A stretch of 64,000 nucleotides of DNA from an uncultured Chloroflexia bacterium (GCA_963749705.1 CAVVNQ010000003.1:384001-448000), one strand, 5' to 3'; numbered from the stretch's first letter, positions 52,280-62,245 are shown. The notes: a model not told the origin generated them from the sequence alone. Made by a program: numbers and translations.

Positions 52280-52382
52280 TGTGTCCGCCGCTTGTGGTCG
52301 CCGCCAGCCTGCAGGGACCAAGCATTCGATCGTTCGGGGGTGATGCGCTATCATCGCCCGGCCCTCAGCGGGCACTTTCGGT

Positions 52383-52461
<79 letters not shown>

Positions 52462-52669
52462 CTCACCGATCTGGTCGCCGAGCTCGAACGTCGCGGGCAG
52501 CGCCCCGTCGAGACCCAGCGCGACCGCGTCGGAACCTACGTCCCCTGGCTGCCCTCGCCCTCGTCTCGTCGAGACCGTGCTCTGAACGTTCCGGTTGCTG
52601 CGGCAGAGCGGCAGCGGAACTCGTGCAGGAGTGGTACTAGACAACGTGCGAGAGTGGTAGTCTTGGTGC

Positions 52670-53902
52670 GTGCACTACCTCCCCAGGCTCGTCGATGGGC
52701 AGATCGACGCACTGCTGGCCGAGCTTCCTGCGATCTTCCTCACCGGGCCCCGAGCAACAGGCAAGACGACGACGGCCGCCCGCCGCGCCTCCACGATGGT
52801 GCGACTCGATCGCGAGGCCGAGGCCGTCGCATTCCGGGCCGATCCCGACGCCGCCCTGCGCGGCCTTCGTGAGCCGATTCTGCTCGACGAGTGGCAGGTC
52901 GTGCCGGGCGTGCTCGGCGCCGTGAAGCGGGCTGTCGATGCGGACCCGCGTGCCGGACGATTTCTCATCACGGGCTCGGTCCGCGGCGATCTCGACGGCG
53001 AGCTCTGGCCCGGGACGGGCCGGCTCACCCGCGTTCCGATGTTCGGCATGACGGTCCGTGAGCAGGCAGGGCACGGCGGTGGCGGCGTCCCCTTCCTCGA
53101 CCGGGTGGTCGCCGGCGCCGAGCTGCTCCCGGCCGCGGATACCCCGGACCTGCGCGGCTACGTGGAGCTGGCACTGCGCGGTGGCTTCCCGGAGCCGGCC
53201 CTGCGGCTCGGCGAGACCGCCCGGCGCGCCTGGCTCGAGAGCTACCTCGAACACCTGCTGACCCGCGACGCCGAGCAGGTCGAGGGCGGCCGGGACCCGG
53301 TTCGCCTGCGCCGCTATCTCAGGGCGTACGCGCTCAACACGGCCGGCATCGTGGACGAGAGGACCCTCTTCGAGGCGGCTGGCATCAACCGCCGGACGGC
53401 CCAGGCCTACGAGCGGCTGCTCACCAACCTGCTGGTGGTCGAGGCGCTCCCCGCCTGGACCTCGAACCGGCTCAAGCGTCTCGTGCTCATGCCCAAGCGC
53501 CACCTGGTCGATCCCGCGCTGGCCGGGGCCGTCCTGGGTCTCGACGCCAACCTCGTGATTCGCGAGGGCGGCCTCCTGGGGCGTCTGCTCGACACGTTCG
53601 TCGTCGCCCAGCTGCGGGCCGAGCTCGCTGTCACCGCCGCAAAGCCGCGCCTGTACCACGTGCGCCAGCAGCAGGGCAGGCTCGAGGTCGATGTGCTCGC
53701 GGAGCTCGCCGGCGGTCGGCTCGTCGCGATCGAGGTCAAGGCCGACGCCGCGCCGTCACCCGACGCGGGTCGGCACCTGGGCGCCCTCCGGGACCGGTAC
53801 CCGGAGACGTTCATCGCCGGCGTCGTCCTCCACACGGGTCCGCAAACCTACCGTCTCGGCGACAGGATCGTCGCCGCGCCGATCTCAAGCCTTTGGGCCT
53901 GA
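52670..53902 (+). CDS. AAA ATPase with DUF4143 (C-terminal nuclease-like) domain
   Basis: GPRATGKTT, LLDEWQ, LITGS, GGFPE, PKRHLVDPAL, EVD...AIEVK. Confidence 0.9.
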   Translation: MHYLPRLVDGQIDALLAELPAIFLTGPRATGKTTTAARRASTMVRLDREAEAVAFRADPDAALRGLREPILLDEWQVVPGVLGAVKRAVDADPRAGRFLITGSVRGDLDGELWPGTGRLTRVPMFGMTVREQAGHGGGGVPFLDRVVAGAELLPAADTPDLRGYVELALRGGFPEPALRLGETARRAWLESYLEHLLTRDAEQVEGGRDPVRLRRYLRAYALNTAGIVDERTLFEAAGINRRTAQAYERLLTNLLVVEALPAWTSNRLKRLVLMPKRHLVDPALAGAVLGLDANLVIREGGLLGRLLDTFVVAQLRAELAVTAAKPRLYHVRQQQGRLEVDVLAELAGGRLVAIEVKADAAPSPDAGRHLGALRDRYPETFIAGVVLHTGPQTYRLGDRIVAAPISSLWA

Positions 53903-53916
53903 CGGAGAAGACGCTG

Positions 53917-54110
53917 ATGACCCGCACCTGGCTGTCGATCCGTGTCGACCTCGTTGAGGGTCGCGGGCAGCGCCTCTGGCCGCGCAGTGGAAGGATCTTC
54001 GCTGCCGCCAGGAGCCACACCCTTCGCGGCCCTGGCCGCCGCCATCGACGACGCCTTCGCCCGCTGGGATCGCGCGCACCTCCACGAGTTCCGCTTCTCC
54101 GATACCGGAC
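53917..54110 (+). pseudogene. Frameshifted, truncated pRiA4b ORF-3-like gene
   Basis: MTRTWLSIRVDL...GRIFAAARSH, then FAALAAAIDDAFARWDRAHLHEF in another frame. Confidence 0.6.
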
Positions 54111-54362
54111 GTTCCGCTCGCCTACTGGGGGTGGGGCACGATCCCCGACCAGTACGGCCGTCGGTGGGACGGCGATGATGGGGAGGGCCCGCGGCCGGGC
54201 GATCCCGGAGGCGAGGACCTGCCGCCGCTGCGCCCGGGGTGGGGGCAGGGGCGGAGCCTATGACCTCATCAGAGCTTAGACCGGGACCTCGGTAAGCTCT
54301 TCACGCGGTTCCATGACCCGGCATCGCAGCGGCCAAACGACCGAGACATTAAGGTAGGTTCT

Positions 54363-54391
54363 GGAGGTTCGTCTCCTCTCGCCCCGACCAA
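54363..54391 (+). repeat. att-like copy of tRNA-Pro 3' end
   Basis: ggaggttcgtctcctctcgccccgaccaa. Confidence 0.9.
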
Positions 54392-54538
54392 TGAGCCTAA
54401 ATGTCCCCACCTGTGCGCTGGCATCGCTTCTTGCCCGCCTCGGCCGCCTTGGAGCCGACGAGGTCTCGGAGAGGCCAGGCCTGCCGCGTGGTCTTGACGT
54501 GCGACATCCGCCTATCAGTTCGGGATGCCAGCTCGGGA

Positions 54539-54931
54539 CTAGGGTCGAACCTCGACGAAGCCCGCCGCGCTGAAGTCGCCGTCGAATGCCAGTGCCTCCC
54601 CGAGGCGTTCGCGGCGCATGACGACGAAGCTCGCGGCATCGACGAACGAGTAGACCCGCTCATCGTGGCGCCGAAGCCAGGCGCGCGCCTCGCGCTCGAT
54701 CGCCTCCTCGACGTGCACGACCGTCAGCCAGTCCGCGGACTCGACCGCGTCGACGAACGCGACGGCCGATCGGTGTCCGTCGCGACGGCGCAGGAAGGTC
54801 CAGGTCTCGCCGACGACGTGGTTCGTCGTCAGGAGCGCCTGGCCGGGCGACCACAGGCGGACCGCGTCCCCGTGGTTGGCATCACGCCGCAGCCGGAGCG
54901 CCACCCAGTAGGAGGTGTCGACGAACCTCAC
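54539..54931 (-). CDS. vapC: VapC/PIN toxin
   Basis: FVDTS, TTNHVVGE, SFVDAASF, FDGDF. Confidence 0.9.
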   Translation of the reverse strand: MRFVDTSYWVALRLRRDANHGDAVRLWSPGQALLTTNHVVGETWTFLRRRDGHRSAVAFVDAVESADWLTVVHVEEAIEREARAWLRRHDERVYSFVDAASFVVMRRERLGEALAFDGDFSAAGFVEVRP

Positions 54932-55140
54932 GAGCCGTAGACGACGTCGTCGACGGGTCCCGGCGCAGCATCGCTGCCGCCGATCCAGTCGCGGAACGGA
55001 TCGACTGTGGGCTCCGGCTCGCCGATCGAGCGGCGCACGGCATCCCGGATGAGGGCCGCCTTGGAGGTATGCGTCCGACGTGCTCGGGAGGCCAGCGCGT
55101 CGTCCAGCTCCTCCTCGATGTAGATCTGCAGTCGCTTCAT
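54928..55140 (-). CDS. CopG/RHH antitoxin
   Basis: MKRLQIYI...SKAALIR; GTGA overlap with toxin; TATACT 6 nt before ATG. Confidence 0.88.
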   Translation of the reverse strand: MKRLQIYIEEELDDALASRARRTHTSKAALIRDAVRRSIGEPEPTVDPFRDWIGGSDAAPGPVDDVVYGS

Positions 55141-55279
55141 GCAGGGAGTATACATCTATCGCCAGCGTATACACCATAAGCGACGTCGGCCGGGGTTCTC
55201 CAAAGGGTCAGGCCCTATTGTCAGGGTTCGTCTTGGCCAGAGTCCTCGCACCCCGCGAGGACAATCGATATCGTCGTCG

Positions 55280-55300
55280 CAAATCCTCTCGCCCCGACCA
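55280..55300 (+). repeat. att-like copy of tRNA-Pro 3' end
   Basis: caaatcctctcgccccgacca, 21/21 identical to 52439-52459. Confidence 0.92.
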
Positions 55301-55529
55301 TAACCAGCAGATGCGCGCGAGAACGCCCCAACGAGGCCCGCGGCCACTGCTGACGGCGTCGGCTCGATCCGCATCCGGCGCCCCGCCCGGGTATCGGTCA
55401 GTTGACCGAGGGAGTCGCGGGTCGGTCCGGACCAGGCCGAGCGGTGCCGGGTGGCGACAGGGTCCTGTGCACGCGGGGCACCGGAGCCGTGCGTGGCACG
55501 CGGTAGATTGAGCGCGTGGGGACTTGCGC

Positions 55530-56756
55530 ATGACGATCGGCGGCATCGTCGGCATCCTGGCACTAGCAGGGGCCTTCGCGGCCGCGGCCGTCCGCCGGCG
55601 CGACGCCTTCTGGGCCGCCATCGCCGGGGTGCTCCTGGTCTTGCTGGCCCTGGGCGTCGCGAGATCCGGCATCGATCCGGCGTTCGTCAGAGACGCCGAC
55701 GGCGTGGTCGTGGTCGTCGGCGGGTTCCTGATGGCCGGCGTGGTGGCGCTCGGACTGGGTCTCCCGAAGTCGATGGAGGATCGCCTGCTCCTGGGCGACA
55801 TGCTGCCAGCGTGGACCTTCGATCAGGCCGTCATCCGGGCGCGCCAGCCATTCGTGGCCGCCGCCCAGGTCGGCGACGAGTCCGCGGCCGGCAAGGCGCA
55901 CTGGCGACACACGGTCACCGTGCCGGCTCCGAACAGCGACTGGGCCTCCCTGGCTGACGGGCTCGAGGAAGGCGATGTCGAGTGGGTGGACCGCCGGCGA
56001 GCCGGGGCTACGGCTGAGGACTGGCTGCCCTGGCAGACACGAACCGTGCAGCTGTCGGCCGACTGGGTCGCCCTCAGCGGGCCAGTCGCCGATCGCCGGC
56101 GGAGCCGTGCGGCGATCGTCAGTGGCACGTTCAGGGTCGGCATCATCGCCGCTTGGGTGTGCTTCGTGATCGGCTTCGCTGGTGTCCCGACAGGCCTCGC
56201 GAGTCGGGCACCCGGGGGTCGCGCGACGATTGTCCCAGTCCATCCGCCCGGCAGATCCATCTACCTCGCCCCGCTCGGCGGGATTTCCACAGCGGAGCTC
56301 CAGGACCTGGCCGACTTCTACGCGGTCCGGTACGACCTCGACGTCGGCATCCTGCCGCCCGCGCCCGTCCCGGCGGGCCTGGAGGACCCCGCGCGCAGCC
56401 AGGTGGCAGCCGAGGACGTCATCGAGCGACTGCCGTCCATCTACCCGGAAGCCGCCGACCCGAAGAACGTAGTGATCGGTGTGCTGCCGACAGACATGTA
56501 TGTCCGGGGCATCCCCGAGTGGCGGTGGGCGTTCGGCAATCGCGCCGACGGCCACCTCGCCGTGGTCTCGACCGCGCGGATGCACGCGACGGGCCTCTTC
56601 GGCGCGAGCATCGCGGCCTCCCGACTCCGCAAGATGGTGACGCGGGACATCGGCGTGCTGTACTTCGGCCTCCCGTTGTCGGACGATCCACACAGCGTCC
56701 TGTACCGCGAGATCCTCAGCGTCCCCGACCTGGATCGGCTCGGAGAGGACTTCTGA
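55530..56756 (+). CDS. Membrane protein with archaemetzincin-like domain lacking the Zn motif
   Basis: TMs; IYLAPLG, TDMY, WAFG, AVVSTAR, RLRKMVTRDIG..YFGLP. Confidence 0.65.
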   Translation: MTIGGIVGILALAGAFAAAAVRRRDAFWAAIAGVLLVLLALGVARSGIDPAFVRDADGVVVVVGGFLMAGVVALGLGLPKSMEDRLLLGDMLPAWTFDQAVIRARQPFVAAAQVGDESAAGKAHWRHTVTVPAPNSDWASLADGLEEGDVEWVDRRRAGATAEDWLPWQTRTVQLSADWVALSGPVADRRRSRAAIVSGTFRVGIIAAWVCFVIGFAGVPTGLASRAPGGRATIVPVHPPGRSIYLAPLGGISTAELQDLADFYAVRYDLDVGILPPAPVPAGLEDPARSQVAAEDVIERLPSIYPEAADPKNVVIGVLPTDMYVRGIPEWRWAFGNRADGHLAVVSTARMHATGLFGASIAASRLRKMVTRDIGVLYFGLPLSDDPHSVLYREILSVPDLDRLGEDF

Positions 56757-56873
56757 ACTCCTGCGGGTTCACGCGCCTTCAGGCAGACCGCCACGCGTCA
56801 TGCGATGCGCGTCTCGCCACGCGACGGTCGCTGGCCCGCCATGACGACCGCACAGCCGCGGATCTGCCGGGCA

Positions 56874-56903
56874 CCGGAAGGTCTATCCCTCTCGTCCCGA
56901 CCA
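56874..56903 (+). repeat. Degenerate att-like copy of tRNA-Pro 3' end
   Basis: 23/30 identical to 52430-52459, ungapped. Confidence 0.75.
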
Positions 56904-56987
56904 GCTCGACGCAACGACACACCGAAGTTGGACCAGCGTGGTCCGGTTCTTCTTGTTCACGGTTCTGCGCCAGGTTATACTCCCGGT

Positions 56988-57227
56988 ATGAAGACAGCCG
57001 TCTCGGTGCCCGATGACCTGTTCGCCCAGGCAGACCGCCTCGCGAAGCGCTCCCGCCGCTCGCGTAGCGAGGTGTACAGCGCGGCCCTGCGCGAGTACGT
57101 CGCCCGCCACGCCCCCGATGAGGTGACGGCCGGCCTGGACGCCGTGCTCGCGGACGTAGGCGATGTGGCCCCCGACCCGTTCGCCGCAGTGGCCGCCCGC
57201 CGCATGCTGGCCGCCGCCGAGTGGTGA
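56988..57227 (+). CDS. RHH antitoxin (MazE-like)
   Basis: MKTAVSVPDDLF...SRSEVYSAAL; TATACT 6 nt before ATG. Confidence 0.88.
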   Translation: MKTAVSVPDDLFAQADRLAKRSRRSRSEVYSAALREYVARHAPDEVTAGLDAVLADVGDVAPDPFAAVAARRMLAAAEW

Positions 57228-57568
57228 TTGCCCAGGGCGAGGTCTGGTGGGCGGACCTCGCCGAGCCGGCCGGCTCCGAGCCCGGGTTTCGCCGCCCCGT
57301 CGTGGTCGTGCAGGGCGACGCCTTCAATGCAAGCACGCTCCGGACGGTCGTCTGCGTCGCGCTCACGAGCAACCTCCGCTGGGCGGACGCCCCGGGCAAC
57401 GTGCTGCTGGCCGCCCGGGCCACGGGGCTCCCGAAGGCGTCGGTCGCGAACGTGACGCAACTCGTGACGCTCGACCGCGAGGCGCTCACCGAGCGCACTG
57501 GCCGTCTCTCCGCGTCGAGCCTCGAACTGGTGATCGCCGGCATCGACACGCTGCTCGGCAGGGGCTGA
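57221..57568 (+). CDS. mazF: PemK/MazF toxin
   Basis: GEVWWADL, GSEPGFRRPVVVVQ, SVANVTQL. Confidence 0.93.
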   Translation: MVIAQGEVWWADLAEPAGSEPGFRRPVVVVQGDAFNASTLRTVVCVALTSNLRWADAPGNVLLAARATGLPKASVANVTQLVTLDREALTERTGRLSASSLELVIAGIDTLLGRG

Positions 57569-57629
57569 CTGCGACGCGAGTCACGGACGACGTGCGCGCG
57601 AGGATGCGGACATGCAACGGGCCATCCGA

Positions 57630-57735
57630 CCGGGACGTGCGCGGGCCTTGCTTGCCCTGGGGAGCGCACGGCGTCGCGCTCGACAGAAGCGATCGGCCCG
57701 CGCCGCACTGGAAGCTGCGATCGCCGCCGTCGAAA
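57630..57735 (+). pseudogene. Fragment of large LuxR-type regulator
   Basis: RARALLALGSARRRARQKRSARAALEAA resembles the helical region of such regulators. Confidence 0.4.
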
Positions 57736-57796
57736 TCGTCGTCCTGAGTCGTCTCGCCCTGACAGATTGCGGATCTGAGCGTGCGCCGCCGGCTGT

Positions 57797-59341
57797 TCAC
57801 GGATGGCTCGCCGTGACCTCAAAGAGTTGCCACTCGCCCGGCACCCCGCGCAGTGCATGTTGTCCCGCGTCCTGCATCGGCACATCGGGAAGTACGGAGG
57901 CCAGGTCTGCGGAGACGAGGATGTCCCCCGCCCCGGCTGTTCCCATGACCCGCGCGGCCGCGTGGACAGCCAGCCCGCTCACCTGTTCGCCACGCATCTC
58001 CACGTCGCCCAGGTGCAGCCCCGTTCGGACGCGGAGACCGAGCCTCCCCACGCTTCCACGCATCGCCACCGCGCAACGGATCGCGTTGCCCGGACGATCG
58101 AACACGGCGAAGAAGGCGTCGCCGGCCGTGTTGACCTCGCGGCCACGATACCGCGCCAGCTCCTGGCGCACCGCGGCCCTGTAGGCGTCGAGGACCTCCC
58201 GCCAGCGCTCGTCGCCCAGGTTGACGATCGCCTGGGTGGATTCCACGATGTCGGTGAAAAGGAGCGTCAACCGGCTGCGCGCTGGCAGTGCTCGGTCGAC
58301 GATCGGCCGCAGTCGATGACGCACCGGGGAGAAGGCGAGCCCGGCGGCCAGGCCCACTGCGGCCGCCATCAGATTGGAGCCCTGACCGAACCATGCCTGC
58401 AGTGCGTTTTGCGCCACCACGTTGGCCGCGCCGAACACCACGAGGAGCACCAGGCTGACGGCCCCGTACAGGGCAGTCCGGTTCAGGAACAGGTCAAGGT
58501 CGTAGAGTCGATAGCGAAGCATTGCGACCGCGAAACCGAGTGGCATGGCGATCCCGAAGCCGGCAACCGTGGTGACCGTCACCAACACGTTGACCTGGTC
58601 GAGTGGGACGATCAGCAGCGCGCCCACGTTGAGGCCAACGTTCAGGAACACCGCGAAGGCCGTCGACCATGCGATCCAGCGCAGCTGCAACGCCTCCTCG
58701 CCCTGCGACCGCCTGAGCCGGAGCACGATGGCCACGCCGGCAGCCGCCACGATGCCCAGGCCGGCCAGGTAGAGGACGATGCCGAGCGGCGAGAGCGCCA
58801 GGCCCTCGAGCTCCGGCACGGCGGTCGGGTTGGGGGCGCCGGGCAGGGTACGGAGCTCGAGCCCGCGCGGGTCCAGCACCGTTGCGATCACCAGGAGCAC
58901 GGTCACGGCCACCGCCGACCGCGCCACCCACCGCCAGCGTCGCGACAGCAGCCGGCCATTTGGAACAAGCAGGAGGACTATCGGCGCCAGCCCAGCGGGG
59001 TACACCAGCGTGAGGGCAACGCTGCCGAACCACGGGATCCATGACGTGAAGGGAGCCTGCGGGTTGGTATCGAGGGCGTAGCGTGTGAACTGCGTGGCCG
59101 CGCCGTTCAACCCCATGGCCAGCGCCATCGCCAGGAAGATCCAGCCCGTGGCGTTCCGGGTCTGGCGCGACGCGACCAGGGCGCCGAGGATGCCGAAGCT
59201 GACGGGCAGGACGATCTCGGCCGCGCTAGTCTCATCGAGCGTCTGGATCGACGCGCGGTTGATGAACGCGAGCAGGGCGGTCCCGGCCGCGGCCAGCAGC
59301 GTAGCGACGCAGATCGACCACGCGAGGAGACGGGCGCTCAC
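57797..59341 (-). CDS. Membrane-bound class III adenylate/guanylate cyclase
   Basis: Many TMs; LFTDIVEST, NTAGDAF, RTGLHLG, AVHAAARV, LRGVPG. Confidence 0.9.
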   Translation of the reverse strand: MSARLLAWSICVATLLAAAGTALLAFINRASIQTLDETSAAEIVLPVSFGILGALVASRQTRNATGWIFLAMALAMGLNGAATQFTRYALDTNPQAPFTSWIPWFGSVALTLVYPAGLAPIVLLLVPNGRLLSRRWRWVARSAVAVTVLLVIATVLDPRGLELRTLPGAPNPTAVPELEGLALSPLGIVLYLAGLGIVAAAGVAIVLRLRRSQGEEALQLRWIAWSTAFAVFLNVGLNVGALLIVPLDQVNVLVTVTTVAGFGIAMPLGFAVAMLRYRLYDLDLFLNRTALYGAVSLVLLVVFGAANVVAQNALQAWFGQGSNLMAAAVGLAAGLAFSPVRHRLRPIVDRALPARSRLTLLFTDIVESTQAIVNLGDERWREVLDAYRAAVRQELARYRGREVNTAGDAFFAVFDRPGNAIRCAVAMRGSVGRLGLRVRTGLHLGDVEMRGEQVSGLAVHAAARVMGTAGAGDILVSADLASVLPDVPMQDAGQHALRGVPGEWQLFEVTASHP

Positions 59342-59462
59342 ACGGGGATGCTAACGGACGCGCTCGGCGGAGAGGAACCCGAACATGGCGTGTGCCAGGC
59401 AGAGGGCTCGACCCGACTGCGGCCTGATCCGCTGCCGACGATCCTGACGGTCAGCTGGAACG

Positions 59463-59492
59463 TCTCGCTCCGACCCCTCTCGCCCCGACCAA
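59463..59492 (+). repeat. Stacked att-like copies of tRNA-Pro 3' end
   Basis: tctcgctccgacc directly followed by cctctcgccccgaccaa. Confidence 0.85.
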
Positions 59493-59608
59493 CCTACTCC
59501 TCGTTGCGCCGCCAGGGTCCCACCGGCTGGATGACCGCTCCGTCAGCTCGGTAGTCGGCGCCATGTCGCGAGCGATGCTGTGGTGGCCAGTGTCGAGACG
59601 TTGAAACG

Positions 59609-60178
59609 TCAAGCCGCGTACAACGAGTACCTACTCCAAAGTCGAAGACGCTTGATCCGGTACTCGACGTATTCGACGCTGCAGCCGTGGTCACGCGCGA
59701 TGTCCGGCGCGAACCTCAACCCCCCGATGTCGGCCTGGATGCGTTCCTTGGGCAGCAAGAGCGCAGCTCCGAGGTCGTACGCCTCATCCTCCTGCGCTCG
59801 GTCGTAATCGCGGCGCGCGATCCCGGTCTGGAGGTCGGCCCGGATGGCGCTGGGACGATGGCCGAGAAGGTGGTGGGACAGCTCCTCCATCAGCGTCGCG
59901 GTTTGCCGAGCCCGTGGCCGCATCGGGTTCATGACGATGATGAGGGTCCGATGGTCCGGGTAGCTGAACGAGAATGCGTCCCACGACAAACGCCTCACGC
60001 GCGCTGCGAGCCCTGGATCACCCAGGTCATCCGGGGTCAAGACATGGGCCGGGACCGCATCGCACAGGTCGTCGATGGGCAAGGTCGTCAACTGATCGAG
60101 GCCGAGGGAAGCACGGATCGTCGCGGCATGACGCTCGATGCGCCACTTGTGGCGGTAGTCGCCGCGGTCGTACACCAT
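59609..60178 (-). CDS. ImmA/IrrE-family metallopeptidase
   Basis: RQTATLMEELSHHLLGH, EDEAY..GAALLLP, C-terminal HTH-like segment. Confidence 0.85.
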   Translation of the reverse strand: MVYDRGDYRHKWRIERHAATIRASLGLDQLTTLPIDDLCDAVPAHVLTPDDLGDPGLAARVRRLSWDAFSFSYPDHRTLIIVMNPMRPRARQTATLMEELSHHLLGHRPSAIRADLQTGIARRDYDRAQEDEAYDLGAALLLPKERIQADIGGLRFAPDIARDHGCSVEYVEYRIKRLRLWSRYSLYAA

Positions 60179-60180
60179 GT

Positions 60181-60405
60181 CTATGAGCCATCCCCTTCTC
60201 GTGGGATCCGGAAGCGCTCGTATGCAATGCGGAACAAGTCGGCGAGCGCCTCGGCGTACGCGCCACTGAGACCCTTGTCGGCTCGCAGGTGCAGCTCGAC
60301 GCCTTGGACGGTGTCGGCGTCGGGGGCGTGGATGGTTTGGGCGCGCTCGCCTGTCTGGGTCACCGAACCGATGGGCATGTCCACCCAGCGCGCCAATCGC
60401 AGCAA
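60181..60405 (-). pseudogene. C-terminal half of XRE-type repressor, HTH lost
   Basis: VELHLRADKGL...ALADLFRIAY upstream of the peptidase; TAG just upstream in frame. Confidence 0.55.
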
Positions 60406-60411
60406 GTTCTA

Positions 60412-60515
60412 GCGCGCCAGAGGATGTGCCGGCTGCGGTTGGACTGGCGGGCGTGCTCCGCGCAGCGACTACCGAGGCGGCTGGTCAGGACGCCGCAGAC
60501 CGTGCACAGCTTCAC
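60412..60515 (-). pseudogene. N-terminal fragment of phage-type HNH endonuclease
   Basis: VKLCTVCG...SRCAEH, then lost at junction. Confidence 0.45.
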
Positions 60516-60652
60516 CCACGAATCGTCGGCGGGCTGGGTGGCGTGGTCTATCCGCCTGCGGTGCCACGTCCGGACGACCACGACTGGTGCCGCGGCCTCC
60601 CGGTCGGCCGTCGGACGGAGACGTGGGCCAAACGGGGTGCCCCCGCGACCGT

Positions 60653-61150
60653 CTACAGGCGAGAGGCCTGGGTCGTCGGTGTATCGCGATCGACGATCGC
60701 TGCGGTCCCGAACCGCCCGCGGTCCAGGACCAGGACCAGGATGCTGATCACTCCGACGATCGAGCCCGAGATGATTGGCGGCGGCGGTGGCGTGCCGGGC
60801 ACGAGGCCGAAGACGAGGTACATGGCCGGCACGCTCAGTGAGTAGGCCGGCAGCAGCCACATCACCCACCACGCCCAGCGCTGGCCGTTCCGGTAGGCGC
60901 CGAACAGAATCCCGAGCAGAAGCAGCCCCAGCGTCACCAGGGCCCACGCCTGCGTGCGCCTCGTGAAGTCGTACAGCCGGAACGCGTCCGGGCTCTCCGC
61001 GATCAGCTCTGCATGGGTACGCCCAGTCAGACCCAGGGCAATGACGCGATCCCCCGCAGCACCCATGACGACGTCCATGGCCCCGAAGACGACGATCGCG
61101 ACCGCGAACAGGACGAGGACCTGCCATCCGTGCCGCTGGAGCCTCGTCAC
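60653..61150 (-). CDS. Four-TM membrane protein
   Basis: Hydrophobic segments; YRNGQRWAWW; SD GAGGGT. Confidence 0.7.
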   Translation of the reverse strand: MTRLQRHGWQVLVLFAVAIVVFGAMDVVMGAAGDRVIALGLTGRTHAELIAESPDAFRLYDFTRRTQAWALVTLGLLLLGILFGAYRNGQRWAWWVMWLLPAYSLSVPAMYLVFGLVPGTPPPPPIISGSIVGVISILVLVLDRGRFGTAAIVDRDTPTTQASRL

Positions 61151-61160
61151 ACGAACACCC

Positions 61161-61592
61161 TCATGCCGATTCGGGGGTGGCGTCGGCCGGCTCGAGCGCG
61201 ATCGGGCCCGGGCGCTTCCGGGCCGCCACCGGTGCGCTCCGGACAACGACGATCGACAGGAGGACGATCAGGAAGCCGTTGACAGGATGGAGCGCGGCAA
61301 CCGCCGGCGCCTGGGCGCGCACCCCGACGAACACGGACTGGAGCAGGAACAACCCGAACATCAGCGCGGCCAGGCCCACGAGCCGCCGCCCGACGCCTGC
61401 CGCTAGACCGGCGACGACCATGACCAGCGGAAGCAGCTCGAGTGTGTAGCCGAGGTTGCGGTGGGTCGCGAAGGTGGCCGGCGAATCGAACACGCCCAAG
61501 CCGGCCAGGAAGACCTGGACGATGAGCCCGGCCACGAGCAGCCAGGACGCGCCAAGGAAGATCGCGCGGGTAGCGGTCCGCAGCGACCTCAC
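61161..61592 (-). CDS. DUF6220-like membrane protein
   Basis: QVFLAGLGVF, H...G, LQS, ALHPVNG. Confidence 0.7.
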   Translation of the reverse strand: MRSLRTATRAIFLGASWLLVAGLIVQVFLAGLGVFDSPATFATHRNLGYTLELLPLVMVVAGLAAGVGRRLVGLAALMFGLFLLQSVFVGVRAQAPAVAALHPVNGFLIVLLSIVVVRSAPVAARKRPGPIALEPADATPESA

Positions 61593-62245
61593 CGCTCGCC
61601 TCGCAGCATTGCGCCCGTGGACCGGGCATCTCGACGACGATCGACCGCGCTCGTGAGCACCACGTAGCCCACGAGCATCCATGGGATGCCCCAGAGTCCG
61701 AGCAGGATGAAGTGGACGAACAGGTTGACCGAGTAGGTCGAGGCAGGGATGAGCGTGAATCCCGCGGCCAGGAGTGGCGTCCACGCCCGCCATCCCTGCA
61801 ATCGCCGCCCCAGGAGCGTCGTGACGCCAACAGCGCCCATACCGACAACGAGCAGGAGAATGCTGACCAGGATCGGCGCGACGTAGTCCCCCGTCGGCCG
61901 CGCGACGAGCAAGGCCGATACCGCGATGCGGACCACGTTCCCCAGGACCGCGAGGGCCCCGCCGAGCCGTGCGCCCGTGCGCGGGTGAGCGACATCGAGC
62001 GCCAGCAGGCCCAGCACCCCGGCGATCATGCCGACGTTGGCGATCGCCCAGAGGATCTCGTCCCAGCCGTAGCTCGACTCGGCATACGGGAACGGGATCG
62101 CGAGCAGGCCGTAGATCACTTGGACGGCGCCGCCTGCGAGACAGACCACGCCTCCCAGGTACGCGCGATCGACGCGCTCCAAATCCTGTGTACTGCCCGC
62201 GATCGCCACTGCATCCTCCCTTGGCTCGTGTCCCGACATTGGCAT
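61589..62245 (-). CDS. Multi-TM hypothetical protein
   Basis: About six hydrophobic segments; SD GGAGG; GTGA coupling to next gene. Confidence 0.7.
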   Translation of the reverse strand: MPMSGHEPREDAVAIAGSTQDLERVDRAYLGGVVCLAGGAVQVIYGLLAIPFPYAESSYGWDEILWAIANVGMIAGVLGLLALDVAHPRTGARLGGALAVLGNVVRIAVSALLVARPTGDYVAPILVSILLLVVGMGAVGVTTLLGRRLQGWRAWTPLLAAGFTLIPASTYSVNLFVHFILLGLWGIPWMLVGYVVLTSAVDRRRDARSTGAMLRGER

